A stretch of DNA of 64,000 nt from Bacillota bacterium. GTDB taxonomy: Bacteria; Bacillota; Clostridia; Monoglobales; Firm-18. Under the pieces are notes generated by a model, which had not been told where the DNA came from, searched no databases, and worked only from the letters and a program-made list of their open reading frames with translations. Every line of letters starts with the position of its first letter. Position 1 is the stretch's first letter. Below are positions 54,795 to 64,000 of the stretch, one piece after another. The position numbers and the translations under genes are program-made. Where the stretch lies: the NCBI GenBank assembly GCA_022706765.1, contig JAKJBX010000009.1, positions 4,924 through 68,923 on the forward strand, written 5' to 3'.

Positions 54795-56126
54795 ATGATA
54801 ACAGACACAATCGCCGCAATTGCCACGGCAAACGGCGCCGGCGGCATCGGCATCATCCGCATCAGCGGCGAAAAAGCGCTTGACATTGCGGATAAAATTT
54901 TCAGCGCTAAGCTCACTGACAGTCACAAGATGGTGCTCGGTCGCATCACCTATAGCGGACAGGTCATAGACGAGGCGCTCGGCTGCCTTTTCAAAGCGCC
55001 GGGCAGCTTCACGGGCGAGGACGTCGTGGAGCTTTTTTGTCACGGCGGAACGGCGGTGTGCAGGCTGGCGCTGGATGCGGCATTATCTGCGGGTGCGTCG
55101 CTGGCGGAGCCGGGGGAGTTCACCAAGCGGGCATTTTTGAACGGGCGCATAGACCTGTCGCAGGCGGAGGCTGTCGGCGACATCATCAGCGCCCATACGG
55201 GCGACGCCGTGAAAGCTGCGGCAAATCAACTGAGCGGTATGCTCGGGCGCAGCATCGCGGACATCAGAGCAAAGCTGCTCGGCATTTCCTCGCATCTGCT
55301 TGCCACGCTGGACTTCTCGGACGAGGTCGACGCGCTGCCGTATGACACGCTGCAAGCCGGTCTTGCCGGCGTCCGCGCGCAGCTGTCTGCGCTGCTCGAC
55401 ACCGCAGACGACGGACGCATCATCAAGGAGGGCGTCAACGCCGCCCTAATCGGCACGGCGAACGTAGGCAAATCCAGTCTCTTGAACGCCATGCTGGGGG
55501 AAGACAGGGCGATCGTCACCGATATTGAAGGGACAACTCGGGATGTGCTCGAAGCTTCGGTCAATATCCGCGGCTGCCGTTTGAATTTACTCGACACCGC
55601 AGGGATACGCCACAGCACCGACGCCATCGAACAGCTCGGTATCGAGCGTTCGGTCGCCGCCATAGAGCGCGCGGACCTCATCCTGCTGGTACTTGACGGG
55701 TCCCGCTCCTTGGGCGCCCAGGACGAAAATCTCATCGGTCTGGTCGCCGATAAGCATACCATTTGCGTCATCAATAAAGCAGACCTGCCCCAGAGTCTCC
55801 TCCCCCCTCCCTTTGCGCATACCGTCGGGGTATCCGCCAAAACAGGCGAAGGGCTGGACGACCTGTTTTCGCTGATTGCGGGGATGTATGCCCGCGGCGG
55901 GCTGGAAACCAAAGCCGTGATCACCAGCGAGCGCCACAAGCAGTCACTGCTTCACGCACTGGGGCATATCAATTCCGCGCTGACGGCGTTGGAGGGTAAC
56001 CTCCCCCCCGACATGATCGCAGGGGATTTAGAGCTGTGTCTGCACGCACTGGGCGAAGTGGACGGCATGACGGTCAGCGACGAGATCATCGACAACATCT
56101 TTGCCAGCTTCTGCGTCGGGAAGTGA
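54795..56126 (+). CDS. mnmE: tRNA modification GTPase MnmE
   Basis: DTIAAIATANGAGGIGIIRISG, GTANVGKSSLLN and C-terminal FCVGK. An alternative GTG start lies at 54786. Confidence 0.93.
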   Translation: MITDTIAAIATANGAGGIGIIRISGEKALDIADKIFSAKLTDSHKMVLGRITYSGQVIDEALGCLFKAPGSFTGEDVVELFCHGGTAVCRLALDAALSAGASLAEPGEFTKRAFLNGRIDLSQAEAVGDIISAHTGDAVKAAANQLSGMLGRSIADIRAKLLGISSHLLATLDFSDEVDALPYDTLQAGLAGVRAQLSALLDTADDGRIIKEGVNAALIGTANVGKSSLLNAMLGEDRAIVTDIEGTTRDVLEASVNIRGCRLNLLDTAGIRHSTDAIEQLGIERSVAAIERADLILLVLDGSRSLGAQDENLIGLVADKHTICVINKADLPQSLLPPPFAHTVGVSAKTGEGLDDLFSLIAGMYARGGLETKAVITSERHKQSLLHALGHINSALTALEGNLPPDMIAGDLELCLHALGEVDGMTVSDEIIDNIFASFCVGK

Positions 56127-56207
56127 AGAATTTTATCCCATTGTGTGATAAATGATTGCTATTTGATATATTATTTGATATAATGATGATGTATAAGGGG
56201 TGAGTTT

Positions 56208-57158
56208 ATGGCAAACACAGAGAAAAAGTTTTGTACGAGTATAGGTGGTCAGGCGGTCATAGAAGGCGTTATGATGCGCGGTCCGAAGCAATATGCCGTT
56301 GCGGTCAGAAAGCCGGACGGCGACATTATCGTTGACCAAAAGGACAACAAGGTGCCGTCACATAAATATAAGCTGCTGAGAAAACCCATCATCCGCGGAG
56401 TCGTATCGTTCTTTGAAAGTATGGTTGTGGGCGTTAAGGCGCTGATGTTTTCTGCGGAATATTTTGACGTTGAGGGCGATGAAAACGCCGAGCCGTCAAA
56501 GATTGACCTGTGGCTCGAAAAGACCTTCGGCGACAAGCTCAAAGACTATGTCATCTACTTTTCGATACTGCTGTCGCTGGCTTTCAGCATCGGCTTGTTC
56601 ATTATCGTGCCGACCTTCATCACCAGCTTTTTCGGCATCACCAGCAACAGCGTCAAGACGACTGTGGAGGGCGGCTTTAAGCTGCTGATTTTTCTTGGTT
56701 ACCTGCTGCTCATATCCCGAATGAAGGATATCCGCCGTGTTTTTGAGTACCACGGGGCGGAGCACAAGACCATTCATTGCTATGAGACGGGGGCGGAACT
56801 GACGGTGGAAAACGTCAGGGCGCAGTCACGTCTTCATCCGAGGTGCGGCACCAGCTTTTTGCTGATCGTGCTGCTGATCAGCGTCGTGCTGTTCCTGTTC
56901 GTACCGAACGGAGGCAGCCTCGCATGGTTCGTCCGCGCGGGTTATAAGCTGCTGCTGCTGCCATTGGTGGCGGGCGTCTCCTATGAGATTATCAAATATG
57001 CAGGCAGGCATAACAATCTCATGACCCGCATCGTCAGTTTCCCGGGCATGATGTTTCAGTATATCACGACCAAAGAGCCAGACGATACGCAAATTGAGGT
57101 CGCTATTGCCGCACTCAATGCCGTCAAGCCCGAACAAAAGGAAGCGTCGGCGTGGTAG
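56208..57158 (+). CDS. DUF1385-type membrane protein commonly linked to prmC
   Basis: GGQAVIEGVMMRG and YHGAEHKTI motifs. Confidence 0.75.
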   Translation: MANTEKKFCTSIGGQAVIEGVMMRGPKQYAVAVRKPDGDIIVDQKDNKVPSHKYKLLRKPIIRGVVSFFESMVVGVKALMFSAEYFDVEGDENAEPSKIDLWLEKTFGDKLKDYVIYFSILLSLAFSIGLFIIVPTFITSFFGITSNSVKTTVEGGFKLLIFLGYLLLISRMKDIRRVFEYHGAEHKTIHCYETGAELTVENVRAQSRLHPRCGTSFLLIVLLISVVLFLFVPNGGSLAWFVRAGYKLLLLPLVAGVSYEIIKYAGRHNNLMTRIVSFPGMMFQYITTKEPDDTQIEVAIAALNAVKPEQKEASAW

Positions 57159-57970
57159 TATCGGCGCTGATGCGGAAGTCCAACGCGATGTTAAAGGCGG
57201 CCGGCATTGAAAGCTATGTTTTAGACACCCAGGTGCTTTTGTCGGCGTTCTTAAACGCCGACAAGGCATTTTTGTTTGCCTTCCCCGATTTCAAGGTGGC
57301 AGACCCGGACGCTTTTTTCGATTGGGTGCGGCGCAGGGCAAGCCATGAGCCGGTTCAGTATATTTTGGGTCGCTGTGAATTTATGTCGCTTGAATTTCGC
57401 GTGAACCCCGGCGTCCTGATTCCGCGGCCCGACACTGAAACACTTGCGGAGCTGGTCATCGGCTTTGCCGGGGACAAGCCATATACCATGCTCGATATCG
57501 GTACGGGCAGCGGCTGTATCGCGATCAGCTGCGCCAAAAGCTGTCCGAACGTTTCGGTCGACGCCGTGGATGTCTCACAACAGGCGCTCGACACGGCAAA
57601 GGATAATGCGGCGGCGCTCGGCGTTGACCGTATCCGCTTTATCAAAATGGATATTTTAAAAAACTTTCCTGATAAAACCTACGACATTGTCGTATCCAAC
57701 CCACCATACATTGAAACGGCACAAATCCCCGGTCTTATGGCGGACGTTCGGGACTATGAGCCTGCCCATGCGCTGGACGGGGGGGGAGACGGTCTGGCGT
57801 TTTACCGGAGGATCGCACAGTATGCCAGAGTCAATCGGCTGCTGGCTTTCGAGGTCGGTCAGCATCAGGCCGATGCGGTTGCGAATATCCTCTGCCGAAA
57901 CGGCTACCGGGATGTCCGGTTTGCCAAGGACTTGTCGGGCATCAGGCGTGTGGTTTATGCTATGGTCTGA
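57152..57970 (+). CDS. prmC: peptide chain release factor N5-glutamine methyltransferase
   Basis: DIGTGSGCIAI SAM motif and the catalytic NPPY (VSNPPYI). The start may be the ATG at 57170. Confidence 0.9.
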   Translation: MVVSALMRKSNAMLKAAGIESYVLDTQVLLSAFLNADKAFLFAFPDFKVADPDAFFDWVRRRASHEPVQYILGRCEFMSLEFRVNPGVLIPRPDTETLAELVIGFAGDKPYTMLDIGTGSGCIAISCAKSCPNVSVDAVDVSQQALDTAKDNAAALGVDRIRFIKMDILKNFPDKTYDIVVSNPPYIETAQIPGLMADVRDYEPAHALDGGGDGLAFYRRIAQYARVNRLLAFEVGQHQADAVANILCRNGYRDVRFAKDLSGIRRVVYAMV

Positions 57971-58106
57971 CTTATGTAAACATTACCGGACCGTGAACTT
58001 TACAATAATGTTAAAATGCTTGACCTATTTGGCGGCTGATGTTAAAATCAAGATATAATGTGTAAATTGCATTGTCCTATAAACAAAAAAATAAGGGGGA
58101 AGTATT

Positions 58107-60983
58107 ATGGGTTTCAAATCAAGAATAATGTCGCTGTTGCTAGCGACGGTTCTTGTCATCACATCCTTTGGCTCGGTCGCTATTGCAGGGAGCTTTTCGG
58201 ATGTTGCAGCGGACAAGTCCTATGCGTCTGCCATTTCGGTGCTTTCAGCATTAAAGCTCCTCAAAGGCTATGAGGACGGCTCATTCAGACCGGAAGGCGA
58301 CATCACCCGTACGGAATTTGCGGCGGTTATCGTCAGAGCGCTCGGCCAGGAAGACTCCGCAACCGCTTCTACAGGAAAGACGGCATTTGACGATGTACCG
58401 GCTGATTTTTGGGGCTCCGGCTACATCAATGTCGCAACATCGCTCGGCATCATCAAGGGCTTTGGCGACGGCAACTTTGGCCCCGACCAAAACGTCACCT
58501 ATGAGCAGGCCGTTAAAATGACGGTTTGTGCGCTCGGATACGAGCAGCTCGCCTTCAGCCTTGCGGGCAACGACCCGGAAAAGGCTTGGCCTCAGGGTTA
58601 TTTGGCGGCGGCGGCACAGCTTAATATCCTTTCGGGTATCAGCGGCGTCGAAGGCGCAGCGGCAAAAAGATGGCAGGTCGCAAGACTTGTTTTCAACTCG
58701 CTTGAAACTGATTTAATGGAAAAGATTTATGTCGGAAATCAGGAAAGCTATGCGATCACTAAGGACAAAAACCTGCTCAATGAAAAGCTCAGCGCAGGTG
58801 TAGACACCGGAACGCTTACGGCAAACACGCTGGCTTCCGAGTCGGGCGCGCTTACCCGTGCGGGCGAAATCAAGATTACGAACAACGGTGCGTCCGAAGC
58901 CGAGATCATTAAAGACGGCGGCATCAGCACAGTTGGTCTCGTAGGCCGCAGCATCAAGTATTATTATACTAAGGACATCGACGGCGAAAAGACGCTCATT
59001 TATATCGAAGACAGGACTGCAAACTCGTCTGTCATCATCATTGATGCGGAAGACGTCAGCAAACTTGATGCGGCTGATGATGATCTCTCAGAGGGCGCGA
59101 CGCTTTATTACTGGGAAGACAAGGAAAATGATTCGCGAACCAAAAGGATTGATATTGCCAAGAACCCGACTGTTTTGATCAACGGCGGCGTCATAAGCAA
59201 TCCCACGGTTGATGACATTGTCCCGTTCTCGGGTAAGATCGAGCTGATCGCATCTACAAAAGGCGGCGATTTTGACAAGATCATGGTCACTGCGTTTGAA
59301 ACCTATGTTGTCAGGGACATTAGCGCAACCAACAAAATCATTTATGACAAATTCAGGTCATCATCTTTGGAGAATAATTCCTTGACGATCGACGCATCCG
59401 ATTCGTCGTATATCATCACGATCAAAAAGCCGGACGGCTCAAAAGGTGAATTTTCAAGCATAGCGGTCAATCAGGTGCTCTCGGTCAAAAAGGGGAAATC
59501 CGGCAGCAAAACGACACTTGACATCACGATCTCGAACAGGACCGTATCCGGCTCTATCAGCGAAATCATTGACGAGGACACCATTGCGATTGACAAGAAG
59601 GAGTATAATATTTCTGCGTATTATCAGAAATATTATATTCGCGGCAATGCCAGCAACACGTTTGATCTCGGGGATACCGGCATATTCTATTTAGACGTCG
59701 ACGGTAAAATCGCCAGCTTTGAAAAGACAGCGTCGGCAAGCAGCAATTACGGGTATCTGATCGCCGCGGAGATCAAGTCCAGCAAGTTGTATCTGACCTT
59801 GCTCAAGCACAGCACGACCACCAACCTTGTGACCGATGTTATTACCGTGCAGCCAAGCAGCAGCTTCAGGATCAACGGCGAAAAGCTCGCTAAGGAAGAA
59901 ATAGTGACGAAGCTCAAAGGAATTCTCACGGCAAATACAGGGAAAATTAACGTGGACAGCGCTACCTTCCCGACTGATTATGTGCCGCAGGTTGTCCTGT
60001 ACACGCTGAACAACTCCGGAGACTGCACGAGCATTTCGACGATCGGCGATGATTTGTCGCTCTATAACGTGACCTATTTGCCCGAAGCGACGGCAGGTGC
60101 GCTAAACAAAATGCAGTTCAATTCGTCATCCAATGAGTTGGTTGGCGCCAGCAACACCAGCAACAACAGAATTAAGCTGAACAGCAGCACCCAGGTGTTC
60201 ATCGTTCCGCATAACAGAGCAGACACGGATGAATACGCCAGCAAAAAGTTTGATCCGGCAAATCCCACCCTGATACACGATGCATATTATCACGTCGAGG
60301 CCTATGATATGTCCGGTACCACGGCAAAAGCCGTCGTTCTCTATGAGACAGGCGCGCCGGCAGTTTCCGAACAGTCGTCGATCGGCATTGTTACCAGCAT
60401 CTCCCAGGCGACCAACTCGACGTATGAAGATTATGACAGACGGGTCAGAGCGTATATTTATACGAGATCGGCTAATGCTTCGGCGGAATCGACCCTTTAT
60501 CTGACCGAGAATGACGCACAGGGCTTGAATGCCGGCGACGTATTCATTTACAGCTTAGACCTCAAAGGTCGTGTCGGCAATGTACAGATTCTTCTCAATG
60601 TCGACGGCGCGATGGAAACGCCTGTTCCTAATCCTATACAGTTAGGCAACGTGAATTACTCAAACACCAAGCTTTTTGGCGGTTTGGTGAAGTCCGTCGC
60701 CAAAGAGTCCAGCAGCATAACCCGCATTACCTTCGCGCTCACCAATGATATTGACGAGGTCGAAAGCGCGGCGATTGAAGACGTCGATCCGGCAAGCAAC
60801 AACGCCGTATTGGTATTCGACGGTTCAAAAACGACAAAGGTATCAATTAGTGAATTGTCTGAGCTTAACTCGCTGGACAGCTATGAAGGTACCTCAGGCT
60901 CATCGGCAGACGAAGTATTCGTCATTCAGTACGGCGCTAACAGAACGACTTCAAAGAATGTGTTCTATATCATCAAAAGATAA
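58107..60983 (+). CDS. S-layer-type surface protein with N-terminal SLH repeats
   Basis: Signal peptide. FSDVAADKSYASAISVLSALKLLKGYEDGSFRPEGDITRTEFAAVIVRAL and two further SLH-like repeats. Long beta-rich Ser/Thr/Asn body; 958 aa. Confidence 0.8.
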   Translation: MGFKSRIMSLLLATVLVITSFGSVAIAGSFSDVAADKSYASAISVLSALKLLKGYEDGSFRPEGDITRTEFAAVIVRALGQEDSATASTGKTAFDDVPADFWGSGYINVATSLGIIKGFGDGNFGPDQNVTYEQAVKMTVCALGYEQLAFSLAGNDPEKAWPQGYLAAAAQLNILSGISGVEGAAAKRWQVARLVFNSLETDLMEKIYVGNQESYAITKDKNLLNEKLSAGVDTGTLTANTLASESGALTRAGEIKITNNGASEAEIIKDGGISTVGLVGRSIKYYYTKDIDGEKTLIYIEDRTANSSVIIIDAEDVSKLDAADDDLSEGATLYYWEDKENDSRTKRIDIAKNPTVLINGGVISNPTVDDIVPFSGKIELIASTKGGDFDKIMVTAFETYVVRDISATNKIIYDKFRSSSLENNSLTIDASDSSYIITIKKPDGSKGEFSSIAVNQVLSVKKGKSGSKTTLDITISNRTVSGSISEIIDEDTIAIDKKEYNISAYYQKYYIRGNASNTFDLGDTGIFYLDVDGKIASFEKTASASSNYGYLIAAEIKSSKLYLTLLKHSTTTNLVTDVITVQPSSSFRINGEKLAKEEIVTKLKGILTANTGKINVDSATFPTDYVPQVVLYTLNNSGDCTSISTIGDDLSLYNVTYLPEATAGALNKMQFNSSSNELVGASNTSNNRIKLNSSTQVFIVPHNRADTDEYASKKFDPANPTLIHDAYYHVEAYDMSGTTAKAVVLYETGAPAVSEQSSIGIVTSISQATNSTYEDYDRRVRAYIYTRSANASAESTLYLTENDAQGLNAGDVFIYSLDLKGRVGNVQILLNVDGAMETPVPNPIQLGNVNYSNTKLFGGLVKSVAKESSSITRITFALTNDIDEVESAAIEDVDPASNNAVLVFDGSKTTKVSISELSELNSLDSYEGTSGSSADEVFVIQYGANRTTSKNVFYIIKR

Positions 60984-61006
60984 TCTAAACGAATACTGCG
61001 TTAAAA

Positions 61007-61038
61007 CTGCCGCATCATACGATGCGGCAGTTTTTGTT
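61007..61038 (+). terminator. rho-independent terminator
   Basis: CTGCCGCATC-ATAC-GATGCGGCAG followed by TTTTTGTTT. Confidence 0.75.
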
Positions 61039-61101
61039 TGCCTTGCCTATGCACCAAAAGCGTCTTTCCCCGATAGAATATAACAGAGGAGATGGTTTTT
61101 A

Positions 61102-62376
61102 ATGCGAACATTACGTTTGGGGATGTCAGGAACCGATGTGATGGAAATTCAGGCGATGCTGAAAAAGCTCGGCTATAATCCGGGTCCGATAGACGGCGTA
61201 TTCGGACCTCAAATGCAGCAGGCCGTCATACAGTTCCAAAGAAATTACGGGTTGACGCCTGACGGCGTTATCGGTCCTGCTACATACAGTGCGATGGAAC
61301 GGTATCTTTTGGGCTATGACGTATACACTATCCGCCGCGGCGATTCTTTTTACAGCATCGCCAGAAGATACTATACGAATCTGACGTTGCTACTTACGGC
61401 AAATCCTGGGCTTAACCCTAACAACCTGCAAATAGGACAGCAGATCATCGTACCCTACGGCTTTAATGTGGTGGATACGAACATCAGTTATACTTATGAG
61501 ATCATGCAGCGGGACATCCGCGGTCTCAAAGCCAGGTATCCTTTTTTAGAAACGGGGACTGCCGGCAGGAGCGTAGTGGGCAGGGAGCTTAGCTATATCC
61601 GATTGGGCACCGGACCGAATCAGGTCTTTTATAACGGCTCGCACCATTCGCTCGAATGGATCACCACCCCGCTGCTCATGAAGTTCATAGAGGACTTTTC
61701 AAGGGCGTATGCGCTGGGCGTAAGACTCAGCCGCGGTTACGATCCCCGGAACATATGGAACAGGAGCAGTATCTACATCATACCCATGGTAAATCCGGAT
61801 GGGGTGGACCTGGTTTTAAACGGTCTGAGCCCGGACAATCCGAACTATCAGGATTTGATCCGCTGGAACAACGGCAGCACCGATTTTTCCACCGTATGGC
61901 AAGCCAATAACCACGGGGTGGATTTAAACCATAACTATAACGCTGCGTGGCAGTTATCTAAGGATGCGGAGGCGGCATACGGCATAACCGGACCGGGTCC
62001 CACGAGATATTCGGGACCTGCACCTGAATCAGAACCGGAATCAAGGGCTGTGGCGAACTTTACAAGAGCCCATAATTTCAGGCTGGTCATTGCCTACCAC
62101 AGTCAAGGGCAAGTCATTTACTGGAACTTCATGGATATGGCGCCGCCCGAGGGCAGAAGGATCGGCGAACAGTTTTCCAGAGCCAGCGGCTATGCGCTTG
62201 ACCAGACGACGGGCATCGCGTCCTATGCCGGCTATAAAGACTGGTTTATACAGGATTACCGCAGACCAGGATACACCATAGAGGTCGGCTTGGGCAGAAA
62301 CCCCCTTCCTATATCGCAGTTTAATCAAATTTACAATGATAACTTAGAGGTGCTGCTGCTTGCATCGATTATATAG
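61102..62376 (+). CDS. peptidoglycan-binding (PG_binding_1) plus LysM plus M14 carboxypeptidase domain protein (gamma-D-glutamyl-meso-DAP peptidase-like)
   Basis: LKKLGYNPGPIDGVFGPQMQQAVIQFQ. YTIRRGDSFYSIARRY LysM. GSHHSLEWIT and VDLNHNY M14 motifs. Confidence 0.82.
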   Translation: MRTLRLGMSGTDVMEIQAMLKKLGYNPGPIDGVFGPQMQQAVIQFQRNYGLTPDGVIGPATYSAMERYLLGYDVYTIRRGDSFYSIARRYYTNLTLLLTANPGLNPNNLQIGQQIIVPYGFNVVDTNISYTYEIMQRDIRGLKARYPFLETGTAGRSVVGRELSYIRLGTGPNQVFYNGSHHSLEWITTPLLMKFIEDFSRAYALGVRLSRGYDPRNIWNRSSIYIIPMVNPDGVDLVLNGLSPDNPNYQDLIRWNNGSTDFSTVWQANNHGVDLNHNYNAAWQLSKDAEAAYGITGPGPTRYSGPAPESEPESRAVANFTRAHNFRLVIAYHSQGQVIYWNFMDMAPPEGRRIGEQFSRASGYALDQTTGIASYAGYKDWFIQDYRRPGYTIEVGLGRNPLPISQFNQIYNDNLEVLLLASII

Positions 62377-62509
62377 GGGGCTTACTCTTTGGCATATGAC
62401 CTTGATTACAAGAATATAGTTCGGGGCAAATAAAAACCGCTCTATCGGCAAGACAGAGCGGTTTGGACTGTGTAAGACTGACTAAAACACAATTTCTATA
62501 ATACAGCTG

Positions 62510-62758
62510 CTAACCTTGAAGCTGTGTTTTTACCTGCTGAACTTCCGTATCATCCGCCATCGTCGCCGGCTTATAGAAGCCTTTTGACTGGGCAATACTG
62601 TAAAGCTCATATTGGGATGATTCGCAATTGTTTCTGATTTGCTGAATGGCTGACCTAAGACTGGTATTCGCACATTCAGAAATGACATTCGCATACGTCG
62701 TAAGACTGCTTTTTACCATGGAAAGCGTATCGTTTACCATTGTTTTTTCTTCCAGCAA
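62510..62758 (-). CDS. spore coat protein F-like (Coat_F domain)
   Basis: NDTLSMVKSSLTTYANVISECANTSLRSAIQQIRNNCESSQYELYSIAQSKGFY. TTG start after AAGGAGGG. Confidence 0.75.
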   Translation of the reverse strand: MLEEKTMVNDTLSMVKSSLTTYANVISECANTSLRSAIQQIRNNCESSQYELYSIAQSKGFYKPATMADDTEVQQVKTQLQG

Positions 62759-62770
62759 TGTTATCCCTCC

Positions 62771-62956
62771 TTAACTTAAAAATGACAGCAATTGTTGCTT
62801 GGTGTTTTGCGCATCCTTCATTGCGTTTTCAAAATACGCCTTGACCTGTGGGTCAGTGGCTTGCTGGCTATAAACCTGCATTTTTTGGTACGCTGTGTCA
62901 TGTGCTCCGATGAGATGACGAAGATTCTGTAATTCGATCTGGTTTACCTGTGACAT
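62771..62956 (-). CDS. small spore-coat-associated helical protein
   Basis: ELQNLRHLIGAHDTAYQKMQVYSQQATDPQVKAYF. Adjacent to the CotF-like gene. AAGGAG RBS before the ATG at 62956. Confidence 0.55.
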   Translation of the reverse strand: MSQVNQIELQNLRHLIGAHDTAYQKMQVYSQQATDPQVKAYFENAMKDAQNTKQQLLSFLS

Positions 62957-63222
62957 ACCTTTCACTCCTTCCATCGTTATTTATAAATTATTATTTTCAT
63001 ATTTCTTACAATTATTCAAAATTATCAAAAAAGATAATATAAGTATCAACATTGTTGATCATGAACGCTTATTTTCCATAGACGATGAAATGCTCCAATG
63101 GGGCGGCGCAAGGAAAATGGGACGTCTGCGAACAGACGTCCCTCCTCCTATGCTGTAATTTATTCAAAGCAGCATTTTCATTTTGAAAATACCATAACTA
63201 TAAGAATTCCTTTATAAGCTTC

Positions 63223-64000
63223 TTAGGAAATGCCAAGACCGGCACTGGCATAGCCTGCAATAGCGGCTGCCAAATCAAGACCAGCCGTGACTTCTGCTGA
63301 GAATACCAAAAGAAGCCTGGTTCCTGCGGTGACGGGAATATTCAGCCCGGTGGTGATGCCACTGCTGATATTACCGACAGAAATTAATCCCGTGAGAGGA
63401 GGCGCCAGTGTAACCACTGCACCTGGTACCTCAACGAAGGTGTTGTTAGGTGTAGTGGATTGGAACAACTGAGCGGTTACCGTCACAGTCGAGCCAATCA
63501 AACTGAGCCCAGCGCTGATACTCAAATAACCGGCTAAGGAAGTGATAATCCCATCCCTGGGCATAGAGAACGCATAGTTCGTCAGCCCCAGCAAATTAAT
63601 TGTTCCGCTGGCAGCGGCGATGCCGGGAAGGTTTAACCCGAAGCCTACTGCACTGGAAGTGTTAAGCAATCCTCCAAGCACGGTGGTCAAAGCGACTGGT
63701 GTACCGGAAGCAAACGGAATTATCGCGCCTGCGCCTGCCGCACCTGTCGCACCGGTTGCACCTGTGGGACCAACTGCACCGGTTGCGCCTGTGGCACCAA
63801 CTGCACCGTCTGCACCTGCGGGGCCTGTCGCGCCTGTTGCGCCTGTGGCACCATCTGCGCCGTCTGCACCGTCTGCGCCTGCCGGACCTGTTGCACCAGT
63901 TGCGCCTGTGGCACCATCTGCACCGTCTGCACCTGCGGGGCCTGTCGCGCCTGTTGCGCCTGTGGCACCATCTGCGCCGTCTGCACCGTCTGCGCCTGCC
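63223..64000 (-). CDS. BclA-like exosporium collagen-repeat glycoprotein, C-terminal part; 5' end beyond the window
   Basis: The minus frame is open to the window edge. GXY repeats (GAD/GAT/GPA) from about 63720 to 64000. Then [14 protein letters not shown]...GFG, a C-terminal BclA/C1q-like domain, with the stop at 63223. Confidence 0.8.
   Translation of the reverse strand, partial: AGADGADGADGATGATGATGPAGADGADGATGATGATGPAGADGADGADGATGATGATGPAGADGAVGATGATGAVGPTGATGATGAAGAGAIIPFASGTPVALTTVLGGLLNTSSAVGFGLNLPGIAAASGTINLLGLTNYAFSMPRDGIITSLAGYLSISAGLSLIGSTVTVTAQLFQSTTPNNTFVEVPGAVVTLAPPLTGLISVGNISSGITTGLNIPVTAGTRLLLVFSAEVTAGLDLAAAIAGYASAGLGIS

Noticed and set aside
63720-63986. 88-aa Gln/Val/Pro-rich repeat ORF ([12 protein letters not shown]..).
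   Set aside because: It is the wrong reading frame of the collagen-like GXY repeat. The frame that continues into the BclA-like C-domain and reaches the stop at 63223 is the real one.

Overview
The window looks like a chromosomal segment of a spore-forming Firmicute, class Clostridia. The evidence is SLH-anchored surface proteins, CotF-like and BclA-like spore proteins, and Gram-positive RBS and promoter signals. It appears moderately GC-rich by eye. All calls come from reading the six-frame translations and the DNA; no database search was run.

Most of the window is housekeeping:
- purM'-purF-purC-purE plus an AEC-type permease
- guaA
- an SAH/MTA recycling block (PNP-ahcY-mtaD-tautomerase) next to a fused large purL
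- ychF, htpG, sodC, a P-type Ca-ATPase, rpsU-yqeY and metF-metH
- the rpmG-secE-nusG-rplKAJL cluster, rsmG and citrate synthase
- corA, trxB and a Crp/Fnr regulator
- tRNA-Trp and rpmH-rnpA-yidD-yidC-jag-mnmE-DUF1385-prmC
- an S-layer-type protein, an M14 peptidase and spore coat genes

Accessory and unusual content:
1. A 5.6-kb integrase-bearing island sits in the 3' end of guaA (4000-9609), bounded by an 11-bp direct repeat that duplicates the guaA stop region. It carries a divergent XRE switch with three copies of one operator motif. It also carries a tightly coupled operon centred on an ADP-ribosylglycohydrolase, and a MuF-core protein paired with a zinc-ribbon membrane protein. This is my best candidate for an undescribed toxin/immunity, defence or satellite module.
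2. A visibly AT-richer remnant island (about 48.6-51.8 kb) ends in a truncated large serine recombinase that overlaps tRNA-Trp. It contains a surface protein gene broken in a C7 homopolymer.
3. Intergenic regions carry an unusually dense set of structured repeat families. These include nested MITE-like elements with a filled versus empty site, and one copy that supplies the purC C-terminus and stop codon.
4. An aminotransferase homologue lacks the PLP-binding lysine.

No CRISPR array, rRNA gene or dnaA/oriC signature was seen.
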